Part shown: positions 31,747 through 44,295 of the stretch, piece after piece | Position numbering within the stretch: position 1 is the stretch's first letter | Layout of the letters: the number at the start of each line of letters is the position of its first letter | From: Tagaea sp. | GTDB lineage: Bacteria > Pseudomonadota > Alphaproteobacteria > CACIAM-22H2 | Direction: 5' to 3' | Length of the DNA stretch: 64,000 nt | Assembly (NCBI GenBank): GCA_965279525.1 | Contig: CBDIIB010000002.1 | Location: 160,001 to 224,000 of the forward strand | The notes under the pieces: generated by a model | Databases searched by the model: none | Seen by the model: only the letters and a program-made list of their open reading frames with translations | Told to the model about the DNA's origin: nothing | Translations under genes and position numbers: made by a program

Positions 31747-33021
31747 TCAGCGTGCCTTGCGCAGGACCGATTTCATTTCGCGGCGCTCCTCGTCCTGCGC
31801 GTGGCGGCGGACCGCGTCGATCGTATCGAAGTTATCATTAAGAGTATTAACTATTGATTGATCGATCGCGCCGCGCTCCGCATCGGTCTGGAGCAGGGCA
31901 AGCGCGTGCGCGCCCGGCATCCCGGCGCGATAGGGCCGGTCCTCGGTCAGCGCCACGAAGCGGTCCGCGACCGCGATGATCCGTGCCTGCGCCGGAATCC
32001 GGCTCGCCGGCCGGCGCTGCGGATAGCCGGTCCCGTCGAGCTTCTCGTGGTGGGCGCGCGCCCAGTCGGCGATCCGCGACATGCCCGGGATGCGCTCGAG
32101 GAGCGTGCCGGTGTGGTAGGCGTGGCTGCGCACGCTGCCGAATTCGGCGGCCGTCAGGCCGGCCGGCTTTTCGATGATTTCGCTGGGCACGGCCAGCTTG
32201 CCGATGTCGTGCAGCTGGGCCGCGACTTCGATCTGCATGGCTTCGGCCGTGTCGAACCCGGTCATGGTCGCGAGGATCGAGGCGACGGAAGCGACACCCC
32301 ACGAGTGGGTCGCGGTGAACGGCGAGCGGGCGTCGACGATAACCGAGTAGAGGCGTCCGAAATCCTGGAGGCCGTCGATGTCCGCGATCGCCCCCGATTC
32401 GCCGGCGAGGCGCGCACGGATGCGCGCGTCGAGGTCGATGCTGGAGGCGTCGAGCCAGAAGGAGTCGGCTTCGCTGGCGCGAAGGAACGCGTCGGCAAGG
32501 GACGGGTCGAGATGGGCGTGCGCGTGGGCGGCCGCGTCGGCGCGCCTTGCGGCGACCTGGGAGAGGATGAAGGCGGCCGGATCGACGCTGTCGTCGATGA
32601 AGTTCGCGAGATTGAGGACCTGGGAAAGCAGTGCGTCGGGGGCGCGCAGCGTGCCGTAGTCGCGCAGGCGCGCCAGCGGCTCGCGATAGCAGGCGACGAG
32701 CGGTGCTAGCCGGCGGGTCAGCGGCGAGATCTCGAGGAATCGCGCCCCCGTCTCGGACCGGTTCTTCCAGTTTTCGCGACTGAGCGCGCCGACGCTGTGC
32801 AGGAGCCCGGCCTGCATCACGCGGGCGATCTCGCCGTCGGCAAGGCCGAGTTCCTTGGCAAGATTGGCGGCGATGATCGCCACCCGTTTCTGGTGGGCGC
32901 CGAGGACGGGGTCGAGCAAGTCGATCGCCGCCCCGAGCGCGAAGATCAGTTCGATCCGCGGGACTTCGAGTGTCCGGGCCTGCGGAACGAGAAACCGGTG
33001 AGCGGGGGACATCACGTTCAT
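31747..33021 (-). CDS. Tandem HD / HD-GYP domain phosphodiesterase
   Basis: C-terminal HS..VA, LHDIGK, HHEKLDGTGYP, VADRF.ALTEDRPYR; N-terminal HD copy degenerate (LLHSVG). Confidence 0.88.
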   Translation of the reverse strand: MNVMSPAHRFLVPQARTLEVPRIELIFALGAAIDLLDPVLGAHQKRVAIIAANLAKELGLADGEIARVMQAGLLHSVGALSRENWKNRSETGARFLEISPLTRRLAPLVACYREPLARLRDYGTLRAPDALLSQVLNLANFIDDSVDPAAFILSQVAARRADAAAHAHAHLDPSLADAFLRASEADSFWLDASSIDLDARIRARLAGESGAIADIDGLQDFGRLYSVIVDARSPFTATHSWGVASVASILATMTGFDTAEAMQIEVAAQLHDIGKLAVPSEIIEKPAGLTAAEFGSVRSHAYHTGTLLERIPGMSRIADWARAHHEKLDGTGYPQRRPASRIPAQARIIAVADRFVALTEDRPYRAGMPGAHALALLQTDAERGAIDQSIVNTLNDNFDTIDAVRRHAQDEERREMKSVLRKAR

Positions 33022-33174
33022 GTGCCGGGGGCCTGTCGGGTTGATGCAAACCGATTGACGATGTTGCACCCACGCTATCAGCGGCCCGTGCGGCTAATCC
33101 TGCGGTAGATCAATTGTAGTCAGAAACAATTCAATGATTTCAATTACGACGCGAGATTTTGAGGAGATTGTTTG

Positions 33175-33190
33175 GTTAATTTTTAAGTAA
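33175..33190 (-). promoter_or_regulatory. CtrA-like binding site
   Basis: TTAC-N7-TTAAC on the minus strand, in the AT-rich region upstream of the HD-GYP gene. Confidence 0.45.
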
Positions 33191-33228
33191 GTATTTCAAC
33201 GACAGGTTCACCCGCCGATCGGGATCCG

Positions 33229-33834
33229 TCACGCGCCCGGCGGTGTCTGTCCGCTTTGCGCCTGGACGCGCGCGGCATGCTTCTTGGCCTTGCGGTGCAT
33301 GAAAACCGAAAGGCAGATCACCGTCGTGAACAGGCACAGCATGCCGAGCTTGAAGGCAAGCGCCACGTCCTTGATCAGGTGCTGGAAGGCGGCACCGAAG
33401 AGGTAGCCGGCACCCGCGAACGTGCAGGCCCATACGCCGGCCGCGATGAAATTCAGGATCATGAAGCGCGGCCAGTAGATGCCGCTCATGCCGCAGGCGA
33501 ACGAACTGAAGTTCCGCACGACATAGATGAAGCGGAAACTGAGGATGAACCAGGTGTCGAACCGCCGCAGCCAGGTGAGGGCGAGGTCGGTGCCGGCCCG
33601 CATCTTCGGGAAGCGCGTGACCAGCCGCTCGCCATAGCGCCGGCCGAGGAAGAAATAGAGATTGTCGCCGCAGAAGCTGCCGATCCATGCGCAGGCGATC
33701 AGGTAATCGAGCCGCAGGATGCCGAGCTGGGCCGCGAATCCGGCGAAGATCACGAACGTTTCGCCTTCGAGGAACGTCCAGAAGAACGTGATCACGTAGA
33801 ACCACGTTCCGTGGCTTTCGATCCATTCGATCAT
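33229..33834 (-). CDS. DedA family membrane protein
   Basis: FLEGET, GSFCGDN..FFLGRRYG, FRFIY.VR. Confidence 0.9.
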   Translation of the reverse strand: MIEWIESHGTWFYVITFFWTFLEGETFVIFAGFAAQLGILRLDYLIACAWIGSFCGDNLYFFLGRRYGERLVTRFPKMRAGTDLALTWLRRFDTWFILSFRFIYVVRNFSSFACGMSGIYWPRFMILNFIAAGVWACTFAGAGYLFGAAFQHLIKDVALAFKLGMLCLFTTVICLSVFMHRKAKKHAARVQAQSGQTPPGA

Positions 33835-33991
33835 CGGCGGATTCGCATGCGGGGGTCGGGACAGCCGGAAACGAGGTTGGCGGAACAAGGCAGGGGGCGC
33901 ATCCTATGCAGCGTGTCCCCCGCCTGTCCACCACGCCGGAAAACTGCCGGATTGGACTAAATAACTGTCCGGGCATGCGGTTTCGGACGGG

Positions 33992-34020
33992 TTGACAGGG
34001 GGGCGGTGCGCCCGTATGGT
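33992..34020 (+). promoter_or_regulatory. sigma70 promoter of rpmJ
   Basis: TTGACA-N17-TATGGT. Confidence 0.75.
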
Positions 34021-34085
34021 CGCGCCTCTTTTCGGCCGGGGTGTCCCGGGCGGAGCCAATTTCAGCCACCGGGACCCGTCGTATC

Positions 34086-34211
34086 ATGAAGGTCGTGAAT
34101 TCCCTCAAGTCGGCCAAGAAGCGCGACAAGGACTGCAAGATCGTCCGTCGCAAGGGTCGCGTCTACGTCATCAACAAGAAGAACCCCCGTTTCAAGGCCC
34201 GCCAGGGCTGA
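34086..34211 (+). CDS. rpmJ: 50S ribosomal protein L36 (type B, no zinc ribbon); absent from the ORF track
   Basis: [41 protein letters not shown]. Confidence 0.96.
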   Translation: MKVVNSLKSAKKRDKDCKIVRRKGRVYVINKKNPRFKARQG

Positions 34212-34238
34212 TCAGGCTTCTTCTTCGCCGTGGATCTG

Positions 34239-34273
34239 AAACCGCGCCGGCCCTGCCGGCGCGGTTTTTCTTT
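34239..34273 (+). terminator. Intrinsic terminator after rpmJ
   Basis: AAACCGCGCCGGC-CCT-GCCGGCGCGGTTT followed by TTCTTT. Confidence 0.85.
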
Positions 34274-34332
34274 GTGGCATGCGTGTGCGGCGGCACCCTA
34301 AAGTCGGGGCGGTTTTCCCGGGAGCGAACCCC

Positions 34333-35823
34333 ATGCTGACCATGCCGGCTCCGGATCGCGCCGTGCTCGACCGGCGCGCGCAGATCGTCGCCGACCTGCG
34401 CGAAATCGTGCCCGGCGAGGGTGTCATCGACGCGCTCGAGGAACGCCGCGCCTTCGAAAGCGACGGGCTCAGCATCTATCGCGCCATTCCCATGGTCGTG
34501 GTCCTGCCGTCGACCGTGGCGCAGGTTTGCGCGATCCTGAAGTACTGCCAGGCCGGCAACATCCGCGTCGTTCCGCGCGGGGCGGGAACCGGGCTTTCGG
34601 GCGGCGCCCTGCCGCTGGAAGACGGCGTGCTTCTCGGCATGGCCAAGTTCAACAAGGTGCTCGACATCGACTTCGCCAACCGCTGTGCCCGCGTGCAGCC
34701 GGGGGTGACCAATCTCGGCATCACGCAGGCAGTACAACATGCGGGCTTCTATTACGCGCCCGATCCGTCCTCGCAGATCGCCTGCACGATCGGCGGCAAT
34801 GTCGCGGAGAATTCGGGTGGCGTGCACTGCCTCAAATACGGCCTCACCACCAACAACGTGCTCGGCGTGGAACTCGTCACGATGGCGGGCGACGTGGTGC
34901 GCCTCGGCGGCAAGCATCTGGATGCCGGCGGTTACGACCTGCTCGGCGTGATCGTGGGTTCCGAAGGGCTGCTGGGCGTCGTCACCGAAGTGACCGTGCG
35001 CCTGCTGCGCAAGCCCGAGACCGCGCGCGCCGTGCTCGTGGGCTTCCCCACGCTGGAAGACGGCGGCAACTGCGTTGCCCAGATCATCGCCGAAGGCATC
35101 GTGCCGGGCGGGATCGAGATGATGGACAAGCCGGCCATCCACGCGGCCGAGGCGTTCGTCAACGCGGGCTACCCGCTCGACGTCGAGAGCCTGCTGATCG
35201 TCGAACTGGACGGGCCGAAGGCCGAAGTGGACGAACTCATCGCCGCGGTCGACCGCATCGCGCGCGAGAACAACGCCGTGTCGAGCCGCATTTCGGAGTC
35301 CGACGAGGAGCGCATGCGTTTCTGGGCCGGCCGCAAGGCGGCCTTCCCGGCGGTCGGGCGCATCAGCCCGGACTATATGTGCATGGACGGCACGATCCCG
35401 CGAAAGCGGCTGGCCGAAGTGCTGCGCGGCATTTCCGACATCGCGAAGCGCCACGGCGTGGGTGTTGCCAACGTCTTTCATGCCGGCGACGGCAACCTGC
35501 ATCCGCTGATCCTGTTCGACGCCAACAAGGACGGCGAGCTGATGGCGGCCGAAGCGTGCGGTGCCGACATCCTGCGCCTGTGCGTGGAAGTGGGCGGCGT
35601 GCTCACCGGCGAGCATGGCGTGGGCATCGAGAAACGCGACCTGATGCCCACGATGTTCGACGAGGACGACCTCGCCACGCAGATGCGCCTCAAATGCGCG
35701 TTCGACCCGGCGGCACTCCTCAACCCCGGCAAGGTCTTCCCGCAGCTCCATCGCTGTGCGGAGATGGGGAAGATGCGCGTGCACAAGGGTCAGGTTCCGT
35801 TCCCGAACCTGCCGCGGTTCTGA
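34333..35823 (+). CDS. glcD: Glycolate oxidase subunit GlcD
   Basis: PRGAGTGLSGG, PDPSSQIACTIGGN, HCLKYG, HAGDGNLHP, GEHGVG. Confidence 0.92.
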   Translation: MLTMPAPDRAVLDRRAQIVADLREIVPGEGVIDALEERRAFESDGLSIYRAIPMVVVLPSTVAQVCAILKYCQAGNIRVVPRGAGTGLSGGALPLEDGVLLGMAKFNKVLDIDFANRCARVQPGVTNLGITQAVQHAGFYYAPDPSSQIACTIGGNVAENSGGVHCLKYGLTTNNVLGVELVTMAGDVVRLGGKHLDAGGYDLLGVIVGSEGLLGVVTEVTVRLLRKPETARAVLVGFPTLEDGGNCVAQIIAEGIVPGGIEMMDKPAIHAAEAFVNAGYPLDVESLLIVELDGPKAEVDELIAAVDRIARENNAVSSRISESDEERMRFWAGRKAAFPAVGRISPDYMCMDGTIPRKRLAEVLRGISDIAKRHGVGVANVFHAGDGNLHPLILFDANKDGELMAAEACGADILRLCVEVGGVLTGEHGVGIEKRDLMPTMFDEDDLATQMRLKCAFDPAALLNPGKVFPQLHRCAEMGKMRVHKGQVPFPNLPRF

Positions 35824-35828
35824 ACGCG

Positions 35829-37031
35829 ATGGTCCTGAAGCCGACGAACGCCACCGAGCTATGCGATGCCGTCGCCTGGGCCGCTGCCGAGGGCGAGGCG
35901 CTCGAGATCGTCGGGACCGGCTCGAAGGCCGGCCTAGGCCGGCCGGTGCGACCGGCGCGCAGGCTCGACGTGTCGGCGCTTTCGGGTAGCATCGAGTACG
36001 AGCCCGAAGAACTCGTCCTCACCTGCGGGGCGGCCACGCCGATGCGCGAGATCCTGCTGCTGCTCGAACAGCGCGCGCAGATGCTCGCCTTCGAGCCGCC
36101 GGATTTCGGCGCACTCTACGGGCTTGCACCCGAGGGCGGGACGATCGGCGGGGCGCTCGCCGCCAATCTCGCCGGCCCGCGCCGGATCAAGATGGGTTCG
36201 GCGCGCGACCATTTCCTCGGCTTCTCGGGCGTGTCTGGACGCGGCGAGGAGTTCAAGGCCGGCGGGCGCGTGGTCAAGAACGTCACCGGCTACGACCTGC
36301 CCAAGCTGATTGCCGGCTCGATGGGCACGCTTGCCGTGCTCGACCGCGTGACGGTCAAGGTGATGCCGGCGGCCCCCAAGACACGCACGGTGCTGGTCTT
36401 CGGCCTCGATCCGGCAAAAGCCGTCGTCGCGATGTCAGATGCGCTCAACAGCCCGTGGGAAGTGTCGGGTGCCGCCTATCTGCCGGCACAAGTCGCGAAG
36501 CGCTCGGGCGTCGATCACGTGTCGGGTGCCGCTGCCAGCGTCACCGCGATCCGCGTCGAGGGCACGGCCGTGTCGGTCGCGGCACGCTGCGAAGCGCTGC
36601 GCGTCAGCCTCGGCGCGTTCGGCCCGGTCGAGGAGCTGCACTCGCTGCGCACCGTCAGGCTCTGGCGCGAGATCCGCGACGTGGCCCCGCTGCTGCCCGA
36701 TGCCGCGCGCGCGATGTGGCGCGTATCGGTTGCCCCCACGCAAGGCCCCGCCGCCGCCGCCAGCGTGCCGGATGCCGACTGGTTCCTCGACTGGGGCGGC
36801 GGCCTCGTGTGGCTCGCCGTGCCTGCGACCGGCGACGCCGGTGGCGCGAAGCTGCGCGCGGCTTACGCCGAAGGCCACGCGACCCTGATGCGCGCATCCG
36901 ACGAACTGCGCGCCCGCGTGCCTGTGTTCCAGCCCGCGGCACCGGGTGTCGCCGCACTCAACAAGGGTGTGAAGGCGCAGTTCGATCCGCGCGGCATCCT
37001 CAATCCCGGCCGCATGTTCGAGGGGTTCTGA
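35829..37031 (+). CDS. glcE: Glycolate oxidase subunit GlcE
   Basis: YEPEELV, GGRVVKNVTGYDL, LDWGGGLVW, FDPRGILNPGR. Confidence 0.92.
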   Translation: MVLKPTNATELCDAVAWAAAEGEALEIVGTGSKAGLGRPVRPARRLDVSALSGSIEYEPEELVLTCGAATPMREILLLLEQRAQMLAFEPPDFGALYGLAPEGGTIGGALAANLAGPRRIKMGSARDHFLGFSGVSGRGEEFKAGGRVVKNVTGYDLPKLIAGSMGTLAVLDRVTVKVMPAAPKTRTVLVFGLDPAKAVVAMSDALNSPWEVSGAAYLPAQVAKRSGVDHVSGAAASVTAIRVEGTAVSVAARCEALRVSLGAFGPVEELHSLRTVRLWREIRDVAPLLPDAARAMWRVSVAPTQGPAAAASVPDADWFLDWGGGLVWLAVPATGDAGGAKLRAAYAEGHATLMRASDELRARVPVFQPAAPGVAALNKGVKAQFDPRGILNPGRMFEGF

Positions 37032-37038
37032 GCGCGCG

Positions 37039-38337
37039 ATGCAGACCAGCTTCACCCTTGCCCAGCTTGCCGACGCGGACACGCGCGAGTCCGAGACGAT
37101 CCTGCGCAAGTGCGTGCATTGCGGCTTCTGCACGGCGACGTGCCCGACCTATGTGCTGCTGGGCGACGAGCTCGATAGCCCGCGCGGGCGCATCTACCTG
37201 ATCAAGGACATGCTCGAGAAGGGGCGTGCCGCGGACGCGCGCACGGTCAAGCATGTCGACCGGTGCCTGTCGTGCCTGTCGTGCATGACGACGTGCCCGT
37301 CGGGCGTCAACTACATGCATCTCGTCGATCACGCGCGTGCGCACATCGAAGAGACCTTCGTGCGCCCGTGGCACGAGCGGCTGCTGCGAAACGTGCTCGC
37401 TTACGTGCTGCCGAGCCCGGCCCGGTTCCGCGTGGCGCTGGTGGGCGCCATGCTCGCGCGCCCGTTCGCGTTCCTGCTGCCGAAGACCGGGCCGTTCGTG
37501 CGGCTGCGCGCCATGCTGGCGATGGCGCCGGCGAACATCCCGTCGCCTTCGAACGTGGACCTGCCGCAGGTCTTTCCGGCGCAAGGGCCGTTGCGCAAGC
37601 GTGTGGCGATCCTGCAGGGCTGCGCGCAGCAGGTGCTCGCTCCGCAGATCAACGAGGCGACGATCCGGCTGCTGACGCGGCTGGGCTGCGAGGTTTCGGT
37701 CGCACAGGGGTCGGGCTGCTGCGGGGCGCTGACGCACCACATGGGCAAGCTCGACGCGAGCCACGCCTCGGCGGCCGCCAATATCCGCGCATGGATGAAG
37801 CTCGGCGACGGGCAGGGGCCGGATGCCGTCGTCGTCAACGCGTCGGGCTGCGGCACGACGGTCAAGGATTACGGCTTCATGTTCCGCGAGGATGCGGAAC
37901 TCAAAGGCCCGGCCGCCGAGATCTCGAAGCGCACGCGCGACGTCAGCGAACTGCTGGCCGAACTGGGCGTCGTGGCGCAGGCGCCCGAGAAGCTCGCGGT
38001 CGCCTACCATTCGGCCTGCTCGCTCCAGCACGGGCAGAAGCTGGGGGCGGTCCCGCGCAAGCTGCTCGTCGATGCGGGTTTCGACGTGCGCGATCCGGCC
38101 GAGGGGCATCTGTGCTGCGGCTCGGCCGGCACCTACAACCTGATGCAGCCCGAACTTGCCGGCCAGTTGCAGGCGCGCAAGGTGGCGAACCTGAAGGCGA
38201 CGGGGGCCACGCTCGTCGCGGCCGGCAACATCGGCTGCATGGCACAGATCGCGGCAGCCGCCGACATGCCCGTCGTGCACACGGTCGAACTCATCGACTG
38301 GACCACCGGCGGACCGAAGCCGGCGGCACTCGCCTAA
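37039..38337 (+). CDS. glcF: Glycolate oxidase iron-sulfur subunit GlcF
   Basis: CVHCGFCTATCP, CLSCLSCMTTCP, two CCG motifs. Confidence 0.95.
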   Translation: MQTSFTLAQLADADTRESETILRKCVHCGFCTATCPTYVLLGDELDSPRGRIYLIKDMLEKGRAADARTVKHVDRCLSCLSCMTTCPSGVNYMHLVDHARAHIEETFVRPWHERLLRNVLAYVLPSPARFRVALVGAMLARPFAFLLPKTGPFVRLRAMLAMAPANIPSPSNVDLPQVFPAQGPLRKRVAILQGCAQQVLAPQINEATIRLLTRLGCEVSVAQGSGCCGALTHHMGKLDASHASAAANIRAWMKLGDGQGPDAVVVNASGCGTTVKDYGFMFREDAELKGPAAEISKRTRDVSELLAELGVVAQAPEKLAVAYHSACSLQHGQKLGAVPRKLLVDAGFDVRDPAEGHLCCGSAGTYNLMQPELAGQLQARKVANLKATGATLVAAGNIGCMAQIAAAADMPVVHTVELIDWTTGGPKPAALA

Positions 38338-38891
38338 CCCAGCAGCCGCGCCTCGACGCGCGCCAAAGCACCTGCGAACACGCGCGGATCGTCGGCCGCG
38401 CGCGCCAGCACCATGGCCCCCTGGATGGACGCGATCGCGTCGACCGCCTCGGTCCGAGCGGCGGCGGGGCCGCGACCGGCGACGACCAGCACGCGCGCCA
38501 GTGCTTCGATCCAGACTTGGAAATGTTTGCGTAAGGTCGGCGCGAACCGGTCGCGCGTGTCGTCGAGCGCGAAGAGCGCGAATGCGCACACGCGCTTGCC
38601 GGATTTCTGGTGCGCCTCGACGGCCCGGCACATCTCGCGGATCGAGCGGCGCGGATCGCCGGGATGGTTGAGCGGCCCCAGCACCTCGACCGCGAACCAC
38701 GCGTCGATTTCGGCGAGCACGGCCTCGGCCATCTCCGCCTTGCCGCGCGGGAAGAAGTGATAAAGCGAGCCCTTGCCAAGCCCGGTCGCGCGCCCGATGG
38801 CGCCGAGACTTGCCCCGGCATAGCCATGCGTGCGGAACACCTCGGCGAGCCTGGGCAGCAGGTCGGCGCGTTCGGCGATCTGGCGGGTCAT
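38334..38891 (-). CDS. TetR/AcrR family regulator
   Basis: HGYAGASL..GLGKGSLYHFFP.GK. Confidence 0.9.
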   Translation of the reverse strand: MTRQIAERADLLPRLAEVFRTHGYAGASLGAIGRATGLGKGSLYHFFPRGKAEMAEAVLAEIDAWFAVEVLGPLNHPGDPRRSIREMCRAVEAHQKSGKRVCAFALFALDDTRDRFAPTLRKHFQVWIEALARVLVVAGRGPAAARTEAVDAIASIQGAMVLARAADDPRVFAGALARVEARLLG

Positions 38892-38899
38892 GCGGGTCC

Positions 38900-38934
38900 T
38901 GTAGCAAATGGTACAGACTGTACCGAATGGATAA
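38900..38934. promoter_or_regulatory. Putative TetR auto-operator (tandem sites)
   Basis: TGTAGCAAATGGTACA and TGTACCGAATGGATAA directly upstream of the tetR start; GGTACAG-A-CTGTACC palindrome at 38910-38924. Confidence 0.6.
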
Positions 38935-39090
38935 CAAAATGATGACGGATTCGCCATCCGATTCGGCAGCGCCAGTGCATGCGGGATGAATATCCGTTCT
39001 GGAACAGAGTGTTATACGCCCCGAGAGCGGGGTTGACCCGCCGGCACGCGTGCCCCTAGACCCATGCCGGTTTCATCGACGGGGGCTTCC

Positions 39091-40272
39091 ATGACCGCAC
39101 GCAAACGCCCGACACCGAATACCCCGCCTGCGGGTGCCACCGCCGCTCTCGCCCTTTCCGACGGCACCGTCTTCTGGGGTCACGGTATCGGGGCGCCGGC
39201 GAAGAAGACCGGCGAGGTGTGCTTCAACACCTCGATCACCGGCTATCAGGAAATCCTGACCGATCCGTCCTATGCCGGGCAGATCATCACCTTCACCTTC
39301 CCGCATGTCGGCAATGTCGGCACGAACGAGGAAGACATCGAGACAGTGACACCCGCCGCTCTCGGTCTCGTGCTGCGCGCCGACGTGACACAACCCTCGA
39401 ACTTCCGCGCCACGCGCCATCTCGACGCGTGGCTGAAGTCGAACGGCCTGCCCGGCATCACCGGCGTGGATACGCGCGCGTTGACGCGCCACATCCGCGA
39501 CACCGGTGCACCGAGCGGCACGCTGGTGCACGCCCCCGACGGCAAGCTCGACGCGGCTGCACTGGTCGCCGAAGCCAAGGCGTGGCCCGGCCTCGAAGGC
39601 ATGGATCTCGCCAGGGAAGTGACCACGCGCCAGTCCTATTCGTGGGACGAGACGGCGTGGGTTCTGGGCAAAGGCTACGGCAAGCTTTCCAAGCCGCGCT
39701 TCAACGTCGTCGCGGTCGACTATGGCGCCAAGCGCAACATCCTGCGCTGCCTCGCCCAGGCCGGCTGCAAGGTGACGGTCGTGCCCGCGTCCGCAACGGC
39801 CGACGACATCCTGCGCCACAAGCCCGATGGCGTGTTCCTGTCCAACGGCCCCGGCGATCCGGCGGCGACGGGCGTGTACGCCGTTCCCACGATCAAGGCG
39901 CTGCTCGACAAGCGCGTGCCGATCTTCGGCATCTGCCTCGGCCACCAGCTTCTGGCACTGGCTCTCGGTGCCAAGACCACGAAGCTGCATCTCGGGCATC
40001 GCGGCGCCAACCATCCCGTGCAGGACATCGAGACCGGCAAGGTCGAGATCACGTCGCAGAACCATGGCTTCGCGGTGCTGCCCGAAACGCTGCCGAAGAA
40101 TGCGGTCGTCACGCACGTGTCGCTGTTCGACAAGACGAACGAAGGCCTGCGCTGCACCGACCGCCCGGCCTTCTCGGTCCAGTACCACCCCGAAGCAAGC
40201 CCCGGCCCGCAGGACGCGCACTACCTGTTCGAGCGGTTCACCACCCTGATGGCCAACCCGAAGGCAGCCTGA
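39091..40272 (+). CDS. carA: Carbamoyl-phosphate synthase small subunit
   Basis: [40 protein letters not shown]. Confidence 0.97.
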   Translation: MTARKRPTPNTPPAGATAALALSDGTVFWGHGIGAPAKKTGEVCFNTSITGYQEILTDPSYAGQIITFTFPHVGNVGTNEEDIETVTPAALGLVLRADVTQPSNFRATRHLDAWLKSNGLPGITGVDTRALTRHIRDTGAPSGTLVHAPDGKLDAAALVAEAKAWPGLEGMDLAREVTTRQSYSWDETAWVLGKGYGKLSKPRFNVVAVDYGAKRNILRCLAQAGCKVTVVPASATADDILRHKPDGVFLSNGPGDPAATGVYAVPTIKALLDKRVPIFGICLGHQLLALALGAKTTKLHLGHRGANHPVQDIETGKVEITSQNHGFAVLPETLPKNAVVTHVSLFDKTNEGLRCTDRPAFSVQYHPEASPGPQDAHYLFERFTTLMANPKAA

Positions 40273-40276
40273 TCTC

Positions 40277-43528
<3,252 letters not shown>

Positions 43529-43659
43529 CGGCAACCCCCGAGCAACGCGGGTCATGCAGGACGGCCGATCCCAACCGGGTCGCCGAGGCTGGATAGCGTT
43601 GCGAAACGGGCGGCTGGCGTCGGAAGCCGGAGGAGAGACGGAGTTCGAGTACGGGCACG

Positions 43660-44133
43660 ATGGACAAGATTCCGATGACGCGCGAGGGCTACGAGCGCCT
43701 CGAAGCCGAGCTCAAGAACCTCAAGTCGGTCGAGCGGCCGGCCGTGATCCGGGCGATCGCGGAAGCCCGCGACCATGGCGACCTTTCCGAGAACGCCGAG
43801 TATCACGCCGCGCGTGAGCGCCAGTCCTTCATCGAGGGCCGCATCGGCGAGCTCGAGGACAAGGTGAGCCGCGGCGAGATCATCGACGTGGCCTCGCTGA
43901 CCGGCAAGCAGATCAAGTTCGGCGCCAAGGTGACGCTGGCCGACGAGGACACCGACGAGGAGTCGACGTACCAGATCGTCGGCGCCGACGAGGCCGACGT
44001 CGAGAAGGGCCGCATCTCGATCACCTCGCCTCTGTCGCGCGCCCTCATCAACAAGCAGGCGGGCGACAAGGTCGAAGTGACCACGCCGCGCGGCCACAAG
44101 GCCTACGAGATCATCAAGGTCCGCTTCAAGTAG
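43660..44133 (+). CDS. greA: Transcription elongation factor GreA
   Basis: [17 protein letters not shown]. Confidence 0.97.
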   Translation: MDKIPMTREGYERLEAELKNLKSVERPAVIRAIAEARDHGDLSENAEYHAARERQSFIEGRIGELEDKVSRGEIIDVASLTGKQIKFGAKVTLADEDTDEESTYQIVGADEADVEKGRISITSPLSRALINKQAGDKVEVTTPRGHKAYEIIKVRFK

Positions 44134-44190
44134 CGCGCCTGCGAACTCGCGCTTGATTTCGCGCGCTGACGCGCGTATACGATTTTCCGC

Positions 44191-44286
44191 GCGGGGCCAC
44201 CGGCAGTCGCCCCGCCATTTTCCCAAGACGACCCGCTCGTCCAAGCACTGCCTTTCGGGGGACCCGCACGGGTCCTTGCCGGGAGG
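44191..44286 (+). promoter_or_regulatory. Structured 5' leader of the chromate operon (three hairpins), candidate cis-regulatory RNA
   Basis: GCGGGGC/GCCCCGC (44191-44215), GACGA/TCGTC (44227-44241), GGACCCG/CGGGTCC (44260-44275), then GGGAGG SD. Confidence 0.45.
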
Positions 44287-44295
44287 TGACGGACG

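Noticed and set aside
34043-34075. GTCCCGG/CCGGGAC stem in the rpmJ 5' UTR as a regulatory RNA
   Set aside because: A single 7-bp GC stem is expected by chance at this GC content; no further support
34086-34211. Zinc-free L36 as a Zur-regulated paralogue
   Set aside because: The type B form is the normal L36 in Alphaproteobacteria; it has a consensus sigma70 promoter and I saw no Zur box
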